50,675 nucleotides of DNA, from the NCBI RefSeq assembly GCF_006345805.1, contig NW_021834216.1, positions 1 through 50,675 of the forward strand. Direction: 5' to 3'. Position 1 is the stretch's first letter. Each line of letters opens with the position of its first letter. Shown piece after piece: positions 1-14,299 of the stretch. This DNA is from Octopus sinensis (taxonomy: Eukaryota). The notes beneath the pieces are model-generated. The model saw nothing but the letters and a program-made list of their open reading frames with translations. It ran no database searches and was not told the origin of the DNA. The translations under genes were made by a program, and so were the position numbers.

Positions 1-163
1 TGTGTTTTGCAATCCCCGTAACTTAGCGGTTTGACAAAAGAGACCGATAGAATAAGTACTAGGCTTACAAAGAATAAGTCCTGGGGTCGATTTGCTCGAC
101 TAAAGGCGATGCTCCAGCATAGCCACAGTCAAAATGACTGAAACAAGTAAAAGAGTAAAAGAG
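1..163 (+). mobile_element. SINE family A, 3' portion
   Basis: Tail ...ggggtcgatttgctcgactaaaggcg.tgctccagcat.gcc.cagtcaaaatgactgaaacaagtaaaagagtaaaagag recurs many times in the window. Confidence 0.85.
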
Positions 164-339
164 GTTACGAGTTCGTACCCCCTGTACGGTAGTATGCTGA
201 ATCGAGTAGATGCAGTCTACGTAATAGCGTTGGTAGTTGATTAATGCTCTTATGAGTGGTCAATTGGTAGACAGGAAGTACCTGGAACCCCGTTGTATGT
301 GTCTGTGAATATAGTTTTTTTACTCAGTTCATTATCAGT

Positions 340-630
340 GAAGGCACGTGGTCTGGTGGGTAGAATATTGCACTCACGATCGAGAGATCGTGGTTTCAAT
401 TCCTGGAAAGGATGGTGCGTTGTGTTCTTCAGTAAAACACTTCATCTCACGCTGCTCTGCGATCACTTCGTTACTTTCTTACTGCATGATACACATGTGC
501 ACCTGCTCAGGTAACATCGATTTGATGGAGAGAGAGTGAGCTAATGTACAAAAGAAACAAATTATTTGTACATCTTGTTCACCAAGAAATTACTACGTCG
601 TCTTTCTCGGATTATGGGAGACTATCGTCA
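340..630 (+). mobile_element. tRNA-derived SINE family B (subfamily shared with 43568-43862)
   Basis: tRNA-like head with degenerate A/B boxes, then ttgtgttcttcag.aa.acacttcatctc; colinear with 43568-43862. Confidence 0.75.
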
Positions 631-1411
631 CTCATATTACCTACGACTTGTAATCACGTTTCTAGAATCATATTTACTACTCAAGATTTCAAGAACAGAA
701 AGGAAAACAAAAACAGCAACAGCAAAACAAGAAAGCAACAAAAATCAACCACAAAATAATCAGGAGTATAAGATAATTTATTTGACGCTCCAAGGAAGAT
801 ATACAAATGTCCAACGTTTCAGATAAAGTTCTTTTATTTCAACAAGTGGAAAAACAATACATAAAAGTCTGTAGTTTATTAAAGAATCTTAAATCAGGAA
901 ATCTTTTCTTGGAAAATTTTAATTCCTTGCTTGGTTTTTCATAAATATAATTACGTAAGTAAAAGTAAATGGATCTTCGCTGGTTTCGACGATGAGGATT
1001 CAGTTGTTTTGTCAGCCGAGTTGGATTTGTACATAAGTGGTTGAGTATTCCATAGATATGTATCCCCCTCAACGTAAAGTTTGAAACAAAATAGGTGTGA
1101 CAACGCCGAGTCTTGGAATTATAGCTACAAATTATGCAACGAGTTTCCTTGCAGCTACTATCAACCTAGTTTGACTCAGAGGATAATGGGCGAAACGAAG
1201 ATATAGAAAATTACATTTGTCCCTGATGTGACATAATGGGATTGAACCTAAACGCTCATGGTTACGAAGCGAATGACATAACCATTCAGCCAGATTGTGC
1301 TAACAATTTCACCTATCTATTTCTCGATACAATAATATTTAGAATAATGTATAAAGGTTTGATTTAGTAGAGTATTTTAAAACAGTAGATATTAGCTTAC
1401 TCTCTCTCTCT

Positions 1412-1814
1412 CTCTTTTACTCTTTTACTTGTTTTAGTCATTTGACTGCGGCCATGCTGGAGCACCGCCTTTTAGTCGAGCAAATCGACCCCGGGACTTT
1501 ATCTTTGTAAGCCCAGTACTTATTTTATCTGTCTCTTTTTGCCGAACCGCTAAGTGACGGGCTCGTAAACATACCAGCATCGATTGTCAAGCAATGCTAG
1601 GGGGACAAACACAAACACACAAACACATACATATATACATATATATATATACGACAGGCTTCTTTCAGTTTCCGTCTACCAAATCCACTCACAAGGTATT
1701 GGTCGGCCCGGGGCTATAGCAGAAGACACTTGCCCAAGATGCCACGCAGTGGGACTGAACCCGGAACCATGTGGTTGGTAAGCAAGCTACTTACCACACA
1801 GCCACTCCTGTGCC
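1412..1814 (-). mobile_element. SINE family A, full length
   Basis: Reverse strand: head ggagtggctgtgtggtaagtagcttgc...gggttcagtcccactgcgtggc, internal (TA/TG)n, family A tail. Confidence 0.9.
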
Positions 1815-1962
1815 TAAAAAGTATATATAGCTTGGAAAAGTATATATATCTCTTGCATGGTTCTCTTTTACTTTAACAACACACACATACACACACAAAC
1901 TATCTGGCTCTCTGTCTCTCTGTCTGTTTCTCCTCCTCCTCTCTCTCTCTCACACTCACACG

Positions 1963-1975
1963 AAGTATTTTTCGA

Positions 1976-2035
<60 letters not shown>

Positions 2036-2219
2036 CATTATTATTATTATTATTATTATTGTTATTGTTCAGGTTGCTGCCTGGAATCGAACTCAGAATC
2101 TTGCGGTTAGTAGCCTGCGCTCTTTACCACTAATTTTCTATATGCCCACCGGCATATGGCGTAGTGGCTAAGAGCGCGAGCTACTAACCCCAAGATTCCC
2201 AGTTTGATTCCAGACAGCG

Positions 2220-2278
<59 letters not shown>

Positions 2279-2345
2279 CAACAACAAAAATATTGAAAAT
2301 TACCTTAGGAATGAGAACCCAGGTTCGAATTTCCCCAAGATACCT
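1963..2345. mobile_element. Head-to-head pair of tRNA-derived SINEs (family D), tail truncated at the ribozyme core
   Basis: Two divergent heads meet at tatgccc-acc-ggcatat (2141-2157), each followed by (AAT)n; tail matches 19043-19098. Confidence 0.85.
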
Positions 2346-2445
2346 AAAGGCGGTGCTCCAGCATGGTCACAGTCAAATGACTGAAACAAATAAAAGAATA
2401 AAAGATAAGTAAGTTATTTAATTTTACACTCTAATTTTACATAGG

Positions 2446-2485
2446 AGACTTTTGCGTTTCGGATTATAGTTCTTCATCAACGAAA
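2446..2485 (-). ncRNA. Degenerate hammerhead-like motif
   Basis: Minus strand TTGATGA-agaactataatcc-GAAA-cgcaaaa-GTC; C3U change, weak stems I and II. Confidence 0.3.
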
Positions 2486-3479
2486 AGTTACACAATAAAA
2501 TACTACACGGTCAAGATTGACTTAGGGATAAACTAAACGAAGTAAAGTAAAAAAAAAACCCTCCAACACATTACATTAAACTACTCTCCATTTTAATTCT
2601 CCATTTAAACATTAAATTAAACCAAAATAAAGGGGAAACTATTACAAAATCTGAAAGCTCTCAACGACATTATTTGATAAACAGCAATAATTTTATAAAA
2701 AAATAACTGTTTTTTTTCAAACAATAACATAACAAAGACGACAAAATCAAATAAAAACAACATAAATTCCACAAAACAAAACCCCCCAAAAAACAAAAGA
2801 ATGTAGCACTACGAAGAAAATCAACAAAGACAGACGTCAACACCAAGAACATTAACACTAACACTAACCATCACTAATACAATATCAAGCTCTCACAAAA
2901 TCCCTCTTATCTTCTTATACCCATTTGCACCACTTCCCTCTTTAAAACTAGTCAACACCAACACTATTTAGAATAATACCATTATGAGAATTCCTGAAAT
3001 ATATTTAGCTCAGCCAAAAAGGCCATTTATTTAACATAAAATATCAATTATTTATATTTTATAGCAACTTACAGAATAACATTTAATAATATAAAAAAAC
3101 AATATAAATAGACAGATTAACAACAACAACAAAGGCAACAATAATAACAGCAATGGTAACAACAGCAACAATAGCAAGAACAACAATAACTACAACAGAA
3201 GCAATATGAATGATGATATCGGTTATAATATATTTATAATTTGGTTTATGAGAAATTTAGAAAATGTTTTTACGATTCATCATTTTAAATTTGATGGTGG
3301 ATGTGAAAGCGATCATCGCCATTTCATCGGGAAAAAGAAAAGAGCCCCCCCACTCCCACAGACCCACTGTTTCATAAATGAATATGTGTATGTGTGTAAC
3401 TGTGTGTATGTGTGCGTGTGGTTTGTGATGTGCGTCCACCTTTGATGCAGATGGAGATTAGGACGAAAATGACGATAGC

Positions 3480-3526
3480 GATGATGACGACGACGACGAC
3501 GACGATGATGATGATGAGGAGGAGGC

Positions 3527-3557
<31 letters not shown>

Positions 3558-3916
3558 GGTCGTGGAGGTGATACTAGTAGTGGAGATGATGATGATGATG
3601 ATGGTGATGACTGATATGATGACAGGGGTGGTAAGGGCTGGTGGTGCTAACGAGAAGGAAGATGACAGTGATGCTGGTGATAGTGATGATGATGATGGTA
3701 GTTACGAAGAGTGCATTTGTGAGGCTGCTGATGATATTGATGGTAACACAGGTGATGAAAGTAGTGATTGTAATACGGGGGAAACGGTAACAGAAGATGA
3801 TGGCGATAGTGGTGGTGGTGGTGGTGGAATTGACGATGATGATGATGATGACGGTGGTGTGGGTATTGATTATGATGGTGATGACGATGACTGTAATGAT
3901 AATGATGAAATTGATA

Positions 3917-3956
<40 letters not shown>

Positions 3957-4100
3957 CGATGCTGCTGCTGCTGATGACGATTATGACAACGACTACGATA
4001 ATGATGACGATGACGATGAAGACGATGACGATGAAGACGATGACGGCAATGACAACGTCAATGACGATGGTTGTAAAGTTGGTGATGATGATGATGATGC
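3480..4100. repeat. Compound trinucleotide microsatellite (GAT/GAC/GGT/GTT)
   Basis: Direct inspection. Confidence 0.9.
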
Positions 4101-4459
4101 TGCTGTTTTCTTTTGCCTATTTGAGAGGTCAATATTTCTTTTTTGACTAGAGCGAATCGATATTGATTTGTTATTGATTTCTAAGTTAGATTTCTAACGT
4201 TTTCAGGTTTACAAGTTTAATATGATGTTCATATGTTTTTTCCCCTTTTCTACTTAAATCGCTTTGTGTCCAAAATGGATCAAAATGGTTGTAGCTGGCC
4301 ATCGAAACCGGATCGCAAACTCTGATTCCTGGGAGATTACCTCGACTGTATAATTCTAGATTTATACCAGTGAACCATTGAAGAAAGAAGCTTCCCATTA
4401 ACTCGATTCCCTAAAAACAGTAGTCAAATCTCTCCCAAATTAAAAAACAAAAAATTATA

Positions 4460-4846
4460 GGCTTAGGAGTGGTTGTGTGGTAAGTAGCTTGCTTACGAAC
4501 CACATGATTCCGGGTTCAGTCTCACTGCGTGGCACCTTGGGCAAGTGCCTTCTACTATAGCTTTGGGCTGACCAAAGCCTTGTGAGTGGATTTAGTAGAC
4601 GGAAACTGAAAGAAGCCCGTCGTATATATATATATATATATGTATATGTGTGTGTGTGTGTGTGATTGTGTGTGTGTGTTTGTCCCCCAACATCGCTTGA
4701 CAACCGATGCTGGTGGGTTTACATTCCTGTAACTTAGCGGTTCAGCAAAAGAGACCGATAGAATAAGTACTAGGTTTACAAAGAATAAGTCCTGGGGTTG
4801 ATTTGCTCGATTAAAGGCGGTACTCCAGCATGGCTGTAGTCAAGGA

Positions 4847-4850
<4 letters not shown>
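4460..4850 (+). mobile_element. SINE family A, near full length
   Basis: Same head, internal microsatellite and tail as 1412-1814. Confidence 0.9.
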
Positions 4851-4888
<38 letters not shown>

Positions 4889-6249
4889 CGAATATATACA
4901 TATACACACACATATACACACACATATATATGTATGCATACATGTATACACGCACACCCAACGCCTTCATTGGCTGAGTTATCATACGAACACGCGCACT
5001 GGTTCTTTTTACTTATTGTATCACTAATGAGCTAGCTAATCATTCACCCAAATAACTAATCGATTCGGTCAATCGATCAGTCAGTTGGATTCGCCATCTC
5101 ATCAATGACATGCCTTCGCTACACTACGTCTGAGTTCTAATTTTTTGAATTCTATATTTAAGGTTTTTGGAGTCGTGAGTCGAATGTTTTATTATTGTTT
5201 TGAGAGATATTTGCTAATGATTCTGTTAATTACAGAATAATTTGAAAGTTACGTCCTTTGATATTCAGTGAAAACCATTTATGTCCTAAGTTTAAATTCC
5301 ACCGAGGTACACTTAATGCTTATACTACCGAGATCAAAAAAATTAATAACATCTTGGTACTTTGATGCCTCATGATTATTTAAGAAATAGTAATTTTCGT
5401 AGCTTCTATCTCAGTTTTGATTATAAATATGGTTAGTTGAAGAATTTGGGTAGAAGGTTCCGCAACCAAAATGTTATCTGAAAATCACATTTCAACGCTT
5501 TATAATAACCTTTGATACATAAACTGCAGTTTTCAAATAGCTGTTCTTTTCGTAACCTGTTGAAAGTTTTACATGGGTAGATATATTTTTTTGGACAGTG
5601 TTTCCAGAAACCGTTTTATGTTTAGAGTAACACACACACGCCCGCGCTCACGCACATATATGTATGTACAAGTGTGTGCATGTGTATGTATCGTCCTTTC
5701 ATCTACAATATTGAACCACACACACACACACACACGTATTAGAAAGCTGAAGGGATCGAGGATTACAATTACTAAAATTTCATTATTTCGATTGAAGAAA
5801 GTGTAATTTTGAACTTTTAAGAAAAATCTGCACACGACATTTATTGAAAGTTGACAGAGAAGGAGAAAAAGGAAGAAAATATATTGAAAGTAATGTGATT
5901 AGCTTAAGTATTTAGAAAGAAAGAAACGAATCACATAAAAAAAAAATCAGATAGGGTTTTCATATGATCAAATGTCTCATTGGTGGAATGTTGTTCGAAA
6001 AGATATCACGTGGAAAATAAAATATTGTTATTAAGTAAGTTTAACTGACGGGTCGGATTTAAAGTATTTATCTAAACAAAGTGATTTTAGTTCTAAATAG
6101 TAATTAGGGAGTGGGATATCGTAAATGATATTTTATATGACTCAGAAGAGAGAAGTTGGCACAGTTGGTTGGAGAAAAGGAATAAGATTTAGCAAATTAT
6201 ATTAATAACTATTTAATATTATAGATCAATTTATAGTTAAAACACCAGG

Positions 6250-6990
6250 CATATTTTGATCAAGTGTTGTTTGCACTGCTAATTTTATGGTTAAAAGTCG
6301 ACAGATGTGTGCAACGTAACTTGAAAGAATCAGTGACATTGTAAGGCTATGTATCTTAAACCGTCTACATCTAAATGTTTCTGCATTTTTGGTGATATTT
6401 ACAGAGACGATGGACTTCTAATCCTGTGTAACATTAAAGGCCAAAAATTAATATAATTCCGAAAAGAAATCCACAATTTGTGCTGGGAACTCAAATTAAA
6501 TATTGCAGACGAGTCTAACTTGCAAGATAGTGAATTTTGTTAACCTTAATCTAAATAACTACCTTTTACAGACAACCAAATTACATATACGGTCTCTCAC
6601 TACATACACAGACTTTCAAACCATTCACTCGTTATCCAAAACTACCGAGTTAAAAAATGTCTTTAAGTGTTGGTAACCTCTCAAAGAATCAAATTTTGGA
6701 GGCTGTTTAAAGCCTCACAATCATGAGCTGGAACGGAACAGATAATCTAAAAAAGATACAATATATTGAGAAACATCTCATGTGGCCTACAAATTAGAAA
6801 ATGATGCATCCACCTGTTTAACCCGCCTTACAACCCCTACATTTTTGCTTCTATAGTTCAAATCTTAAACTTGCTTTTACATAAGTCTTCCAACACACTA
6901 CAAATACTACAAAATTTCTAACAAATCTGCTATAAATATTTCTTACTGTATTATACTTAACATTGCGCAATCATTCTTTCAACATAAAGC
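6250..6990 (+). pseudogene. Decayed Penelope-like element RT/linker relic
   Basis: Translated fragments GDIYRDDGLL, YIHRLSNHS, LFNPPYN and ISNKSAINISYC match the motif order of the element at 32394-33930; several stops and frameshifts. Confidence 0.75.
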
Positions 6991-7194
6991 ACCTCAATAC
7001 GAGCCGTATCTCAACAGTCAAAACATTGTTATTGCATATATTCGAATGATCTGTTCCTACGTAAATGTACTTCATTGAAATTCAGCTACACTACCACCGG
7101 TAGTTCTTCCTTCATCAATGTAAAATCGTCGATAACACGCTGTCAAAATTGATCAGGAGTCGAATTAAAAATTTTTCCTAATTTTGGCATATGG

Positions 7195-7388
7195 CCAGAA
7201 ATTCTGAAACAAGGGAGAGTAGATTACATTGACTCCAGTACTTGACTGTTACTCATTTTATCTATCACGAAAGGTTGACAGGCTAAGTCAATCACGACGG
7301 CATTTGAATTCAGAACATAATGATCCGGAAGAAATGTCGCTAAGCATTTTGTCCGGGATGGTGACAATTCTTCTAGCTCGTTGCCTTT
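7195..7388 (-). mobile_element. SINE family C
   Basis: Degenerate reverse complement of the aaggcggcgagctggcag... family (47772-48110). Confidence 0.7.
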
Positions 7389-7400
7389 ATTTTAAATTTA

Positions 7401-8610
7401 TCAGGTCATCCCATAAATTCTGTCCAATTTTACCTTTTTTAAAATTGAATGAAATTTAATAGTACTTTAGAATGTCAAATGGAATCAAAAATTATTTTTA
7501 TGCATTTGTGTACATTTAAACTAATTAAATATTATTTTACAGAATAATAGAATTAAAATTTCTTTGATTTAAACCCTTTCTAACATGGAAGTATTCAAAG
7601 AGCATTTAAGGCACATAATGCTTTATGAGTACAAAAAAGGAAACTCTTCAGCCGAAGCGACTCGAAACATACACTCAGTTTATGGGAAAGATTGCTTGAA
7701 TGAAAGAATTTGTAGAAGATGGTTTGCAAAATTCAGAAGTGGAGATTTCAGTCTTGAAGATTAAGATCGAACAGGACGTCCAGTTGAGTTTGATGATAAG
7801 CTCCTAGAGGCATTACTTGAAGAAAACCCTGCATTATCAGTTGAAGAATTGGCAATAAAGCTTAGTTCAAACCATACAGCTGTTCATCGTCATCTTCAAC
7901 AACTTGGAAATGTTCCTAAACTTGGAAAATGGGTGCCTCATGAATTGTCAGAAACCAACCGCAAATCCCAAGTTGACATCTGCTCTTCTCTCCATTCTCG
8001 CGAACTCATTTCACCCTTTTTGAATAGATTTGTAACTGGTGACAAAAAATGGATCTTCTATCGAAATGTTAAACGTTGTAAACAGTGGCTCAACCACAAA
8101 CGAAAAGGGAACTTCACGGAAAAAAGTTTCTTCTCTCTATCTGGTGGGGTTGCAAAGGAGTAATTCACTTTGAATTGTTACCACCTACTGCAACAATGAA
8201 TGCTCAAGTCTACTGTCAGCAATTAGAGCGTTTGAACAAAGCTTTGAAGAAAAAAAGACACGCTTTAGTGAATCGAAAAGGAGTGATGTTTCATCAGGAC
8301 AATGCACGACCCCAAAGATCACATCACAGAAGATCGAAGAACTTGGTTGGGAAAAAATTCCTCATCCACCTTATTCTCCCGACCATTCAGACTACCATTT
8401 GTTTCGTAGTTTACAGAATCATTTGGGGGTCATAACTTTCGCAAGCCAGGAGGAGGTCGAAACTGACATATCAGAGTTCTCCGCTTTGAAACCAAAAGAG
8501 TTTTACATTGATGGGATTAAAAAGCTTGTAAATAGATGGAAGGAAGTCATAACATTTGATAATGTGTTTTCTTTATTCAAAATTCGAACAGAACTTATAG
8601 GATGACCTGA
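7401..8610 (+). mobile_element. Mariner (Tc1/mariner) DNA transposon, full length, inactive
   Basis: ~26-bp TIRs tcaggtcatcccataaattctgtcc / cgaacagaacttataggatgacctga, TA on both flanks (7399-7400, 8611-8612). Confidence 0.93.
7585..8570 (+). pseudogene. Mariner transposase pseudogene
   Basis: ATG 7585 MEVFKEHLRH...; motifs WVPHEL, VTGDKKW, HQDNARP, PYSPD, DYHLF; in-frame TAA at 7762 plus frameshifts. Confidence 0.92.
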
Positions 8611-10194
8611 TAATAACGCAAAGTATGACATTAACCCTTTGCCTGTCTTGTGTGTCACATGTAATTCAGAGGACATATTCCCCTGGCATCAATAACTTGG
8701 GACTTATAAAGGGAAGCTTCATATACTCAGGACGTAAGAAAGGCCAACTAAAGGTCTGAAAACAAGCAAGGACATTTAGGACAAAATTTATGAAAATAAT
8801 TTGGTCAAGCCATGGGTCAAGTCATTAAAATAGTCTAAAAGATTTATCTTTATCTGATCGAATCTAGTTGAATCTAGTCAAAAGAAGTTACTTCCTATCC
8901 CATGCGATTTTTTAAAACACTGATAATATTCCATCAACAAGATGCTTTAGGAAACGACGCGTCAACTAAACTATTCTAAAAAACACTTTCTAAATACTTA
9001 AAACACTCGTTTCACTCAATATTTTCAATTCACATTTCACTATCGATTTCATTAATTCTCTGTTATTACCACATCCTCTTTACACGTTCTCTCACTTTAT
9101 AAAATTTTTCCTGCAGCCTTTCTACCCTTTCTCTGTGTTTATTTCTCTCCTCTTCTTCAACTCCTAATTAACATAATATATACAATATTTTCTCAAATAA
9201 TCTTCATTACCATTTGATAATTCGAAACTTGAGATTTTATTAGATGTAATATCGGATCATTTCAGTTTCTATATAACGTTTTATATTTTCCGACTTCTAG
9301 TTTTGAGTTGCTTGTAGTCAATGTTATCTGTACTTCAGGGCACAAAGATATGCATACATACATACATACATACATACATACATACATACATACATACATA
9401 CATACATACATACATACATACACGCATGCATGCATACATACATACATACATAATCAATAACTAGAAGACACTCAGGAGTCAAAGCGTTGTTATAAGTCGG
9501 CAATAAATATTATTTATTAAATAGAATTATTCATGACACAAGGCCAAATGTTTCGTTCAGTAGAGTTAATTTGATCGACTAAGTCCTTTGAGTTAAGAAT
9601 TTAATATTTTGCCAGGAATAAATTTATGCAATAAATCTGCGGATGTGTATGTGTGTATGTGTGTGTAGATGTGTGTGTGCGTGTAATTAAAAATAGCTTA
9701 TGATTCAATATGGATAAAATAAAGCCAAATTTGAAATAAACATTTGATTTTGTACGATCGCCTCAAAAGCAAACCTTTTAACGCAGTGCTCAGCATGGCC
9801 GCGTTTTCATGGTTGAAACCAGTCAAATAGAAGAACAAAAGCACCCCACTGACGTCTTTTGCAAAGGTATGAAGGCTATTTCACCACACTTCCCTTCTTA
9901 TTTGATAGTAACATTTCTTAGAGTGTAATCGATAGATTTACCCAAGTATATAACTGGTACTCACTATTTAAATCTTCCTAGTGGCAAACGGAACAAATAA
10001 ACTGCTGATATTTTTATTTGCATTCATGTGAGTTGGAACTAAATTATGTTAAGTGCCAGTAATGCGTTTAAGTCTGACAATCCTTTTGCCGTGACCATCT
10101 CTAGTGTCCTTTCCGTAAGAAATCAACTGCCAACGTCGTCCATTTCCTCCTTCTCCTCTCCCTCTTTCTTCCCTTCCCACTCTCTCCCTCGTCT

Positions 10195-10197
10195 CAT

Positions 10198-10248
<51 letters not shown>

Positions 10249-10500
10249 TATCATCATCATCATCATCATTATCATCATTGTCATCATCGTCGTTGTCATC
10301 GTCATGGTGGTTGTCATCGTCAGTTATGTCTTAGTTGTTATATTTTTCATGAGTTGCTTCGCATAAAGCAATTATCACGAAGATTACAACCAAGATACCA
10401 CCACCACCACCACCACCACCACCAACAACAACAACAGCAACAAAAAAGCCACCATGATCACCATCACCATCACCATCACCATCACAACAACAACAACAAC
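10195..10500. repeat. Compound (CAT)n/(CAC)n/(CAA)n microsatellite
   Basis: Direct inspection. Confidence 0.9.
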
Positions 10501-10602
10501 ATATCGTTCAGTTTTGTGATATTACAATTTAACCAGTTGACTAGTTTATGTAGCAAAAAAGAACGAAGGAAAACTCAGTAAAAAATAAATGAATAAATAT
10601 AA

Positions 10603-10652
<50 letters not shown>

Positions 10653-10773
10653 TAATAATAATAATGATACTAAAAGCCCAGTATAAAACAGTTTTAGGCC
10701 AATTGACTATTGATAGTTTTACCGTTATTTCTTGTCTCGTTGAAGAAAGAGATGACAAAAAAATATGTCTATG

Positions 10774-10828
<55 letters not shown>

Positions 10829-11159
10829 AAAACCCCAGCAATTACAACAAAACAAGCCAAAACAAAACAAAGAAAGAAACAAACTTACTTTCAAAAGTAT
10901 CCATGGTAACTGTATCGATCAGTTAATAGTCTTCGACAAGAAGGAACGAAAATGAAAAAATAAAAAAAATTGGGAAAAAATATATAAATAAATAAATAAA
11001 TAAAAAACGGCTGATCATTTGAATATTTTTGATAACTATTGCACTAGCCAACTTGTTTTAGTATGTGTTGTCGAACTTGTAGTTGTTGTTGTTAGTGTGT
11101 TGTTGTTATTCTTGTATTTTCTTCTTTTTATCTTATTAAACTAAACATCCAGCTTTTGA

Positions 11160-11445
11160 CAAATCTTGTTTTTTATTTATTTATTTATTTATTTACTTGT
11201 CTATATATTTATTTATTTGTGTTTATATTTATTTATATCTATTTCTATTGGGTACTAAATAAATTGGGGCTGCACATACGTACACAAACACGTGCAGATA
11301 CAGACACACACGCAAAGACACACACACATATATACATAAATATACATATACATATATACATATACATACATATACGCATATATATATATACATATGTATA
11401 TATACATATATATAATATATATACATATATATATGTACACACACA

Positions 11446-11504
<59 letters not shown>

Positions 11505-11938
11505 CATATATATATACAGATATATACATACGCGTATGCATACGCACATACATGCAAACGTATGCAGACGTATACAAACACGCAACATAACACAATATAA
11601 CACTTACACACAGTAGATACACGCATGAACGTACACATTTTCATACAGATACTTACACGGATAGCAATGTGTACATACATACACACAAAAACATATACAA
11701 GCATATACAAGCATAAACATGCATACATACACAATGGTATCATATTTCTACACATACTCATTCACACACATATAAACGTATTCATATGCATATACATACA
11801 TACATACATACATACATACATACATGCAAATATATACATATATATATATACGTATGTCTGTGTATGTATATATGTACATACACATATATATACATATATA
11901 CATACACACATACATACAGATTTACAAATGCGTATGTA

Positions 11939-12003
<65 letters not shown>

Positions 12004-12107
12004 GTATATGCATACACATAAAAATATACAATATATATAAGTATGTATATATGTATGAATGTATGTATATATATATATATATGTCTATGTATGCATCTAT
12101 ATATACC

Positions 12108-12185
<78 letters not shown>

Positions 12186-12811
12186 GTGTGTGTGTGGTGT
12201 GTGTGTGTGTTGTATGTGTGTATATTTTACGTAAATATATACCATCGTATACACATTCCGGATTTGTATAACTCTAATTGAATATAAAATAGACATTTAA
12301 ATTATTTCTTTTATATAGTACATGAATTCCTCTCCCTCATTCTTCTCTCCTTTTCCTCCCTCATTCTTCTCTCTTTCTGTCTGTCTGTCTGTCTGTCTCT
12401 CACTTCCCGTGTCCTTCGACATTTTCCGACAACGCAGTATTTAGTCTGTCCATACAGCAAATCCGTAGCTGTTCGTTTTGCGTCTCTTTGAGAGTGCATA
12501 TGGAATAGTAGTGGGGGGGGAGGCATAAAGAAGGAAAGGAAGATAGAGATACTGAGTGAAAGAGAAAGAGAGAGAGAGAGAGAGTGAGAAAGAGATAAAG
12601 TAAAAGGAAGATATAGAGAAAAGGGATGGTCTGAAGCAAAATGATAGGGAGAAAAACTGACTATGATTATGTATGAGTATGTGTGCGTATATATATATAT
12701 GTTCGTATCTTTGCATGTGTGTGTATATGTTTGTGTGTATATCTATATGCAGATGTTTGTATATTTATATTTATGTATGTATATTTATATATGTATGTAT
12801 ATGTATTATAT

Positions 12812-12856
<45 letters not shown>

Positions 12857-13045
12857 TATAGTTTCTATATGTGTATATTATATGTATATGTATATGTGTA
12901 TGTATATATATATATACATATATATATATTATATATATATATTATATATATATACATAATATATAATATAAACATATATATATATATATGAAAAAACATA
13001 TATATAGATATATATATATATATATATAAACATATATATTATATG
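11160..13045. repeat. Extended (TA)n/(CA)n/(TG)n low-complexity tract
   Basis: Direct inspection; source of the many YI/HT ORFs. Confidence 0.9.
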
Positions 13046-13876
13046 CTTGCATGGACACATTTATGCATATTATCTTCAAAGGGAGATAAATCAGTATCTA
13101 TTATGTCGTAAGATTTTAGCTAAAATGGCGCTTCTAAACATTATAAAGATAAAGAAAAATGGCGTTATAGCTTGAATCGACTCACATTTGATAAATATTT
13201 TATGCAAATATCTTAGCAACTATGTCATTAATTTTGTTTTCAATGTTTATTAGAAAGGAAAAGGGATAGCGTTTCTATTCTTACCTTCATTACGTAAAAT
13301 AATTAAAAAAAAACTGAGTAAACACTAATAAAATGATGCAAAAACAACCATAGCCAGCTATTAATGTCAAGCTTGGTATTATAAACGAAATAAATGATTC
13401 TATACAGAAAAAATTATAACAAATTCTACCCTTGAAGTTAAAAATGTAATTTAAAAAATACCTTTGATAAAGAATGCAACATCGGACGTTTTAATCTTTC
13501 TGTTTTAATCTTTTCTGTCACTTTAGGATTTTTGGCCATCAATGGTGAAAGATAGTTATTTCTTTATTTTTGTGTGAGTGTGGGTAAGGTGAGTGAATGA
13601 ATTACATTTTCATTATGAATTTTTAATGCTATGAAATGGCAACGTTTAAAAAAATATTTAAAAAAAAAGGTGAATCTTATTTCTTTCTAGTACAATTTCA
13701 GAATATTGAAAAAAATACTGTGAAAAACAAATTTTCCATCGTTTATTGTGAATAATTCCAGTATTTATTAAACAAGGTAAGCATAAAGTTCCCAAGATCT
13801 ATTTATAAGTTTATGTTGAAAATAAAAATAACTATTCCCCGTGACACTCCATTGCTGGTGCAAAGATGGTTGTGAA

Positions 13877-14068
13877 GGCGTAGGCATGGCTGTGTAGTTA
13901 AAAATTTAGCTTTGTAGCCAGATGGATTCAGGTTCAGTTCCACTGTATGACACATTGAGCAAATGTGTTTTACTATTGCTCCGGGTTGACCAATGTGTTG
14001 TGAGTGAATTTGTTAAATGAAAACTGTACGGAAGCCTATCGTATACACACACACATATATACGACAGG

Positions 14069-14121
<53 letters not shown>

Positions 14122-14280
14122 ATGTTTGTATGTGTGTCTATGTTTGTGTTTGTGCGTATGTTTTTGTGTGTGTATATGTGCATGTTTGTCCCCAACACCG
14201 CTTGTTAACCGGAGTTTGTTTATTTACGTCCCCGTGTTTCAGGAAAACAGTCTGAGAGAATGAGTACCAGACTTAAGAAT
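13877..14280 (+). mobile_element. SINE family A, diverged
   Basis: Head, internal microsatellite and partial tail. Confidence 0.8.
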
Positions 14281-14299
14281 TAAATACAATGACTGTACA

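Noticed and set aside
3412-4146. 244-aa Asp-rich ORF
   Set aside because: Translation of a compound GAT/GAC microsatellite; overlapping frames are equally open; no domain motif
11156-12991. Numerous YI/HT/CV ORFs (also 21-24 kb, 39-40 kb, 49.7-50.1 kb)
   Set aside because: Dinucleotide microsatellite artefacts
13100-13165. YY1-like aaaatggcg motifs (also ~24020, ~46345)
   Set aside because: Short motifs with no promoter context; expected by chance or within repeats
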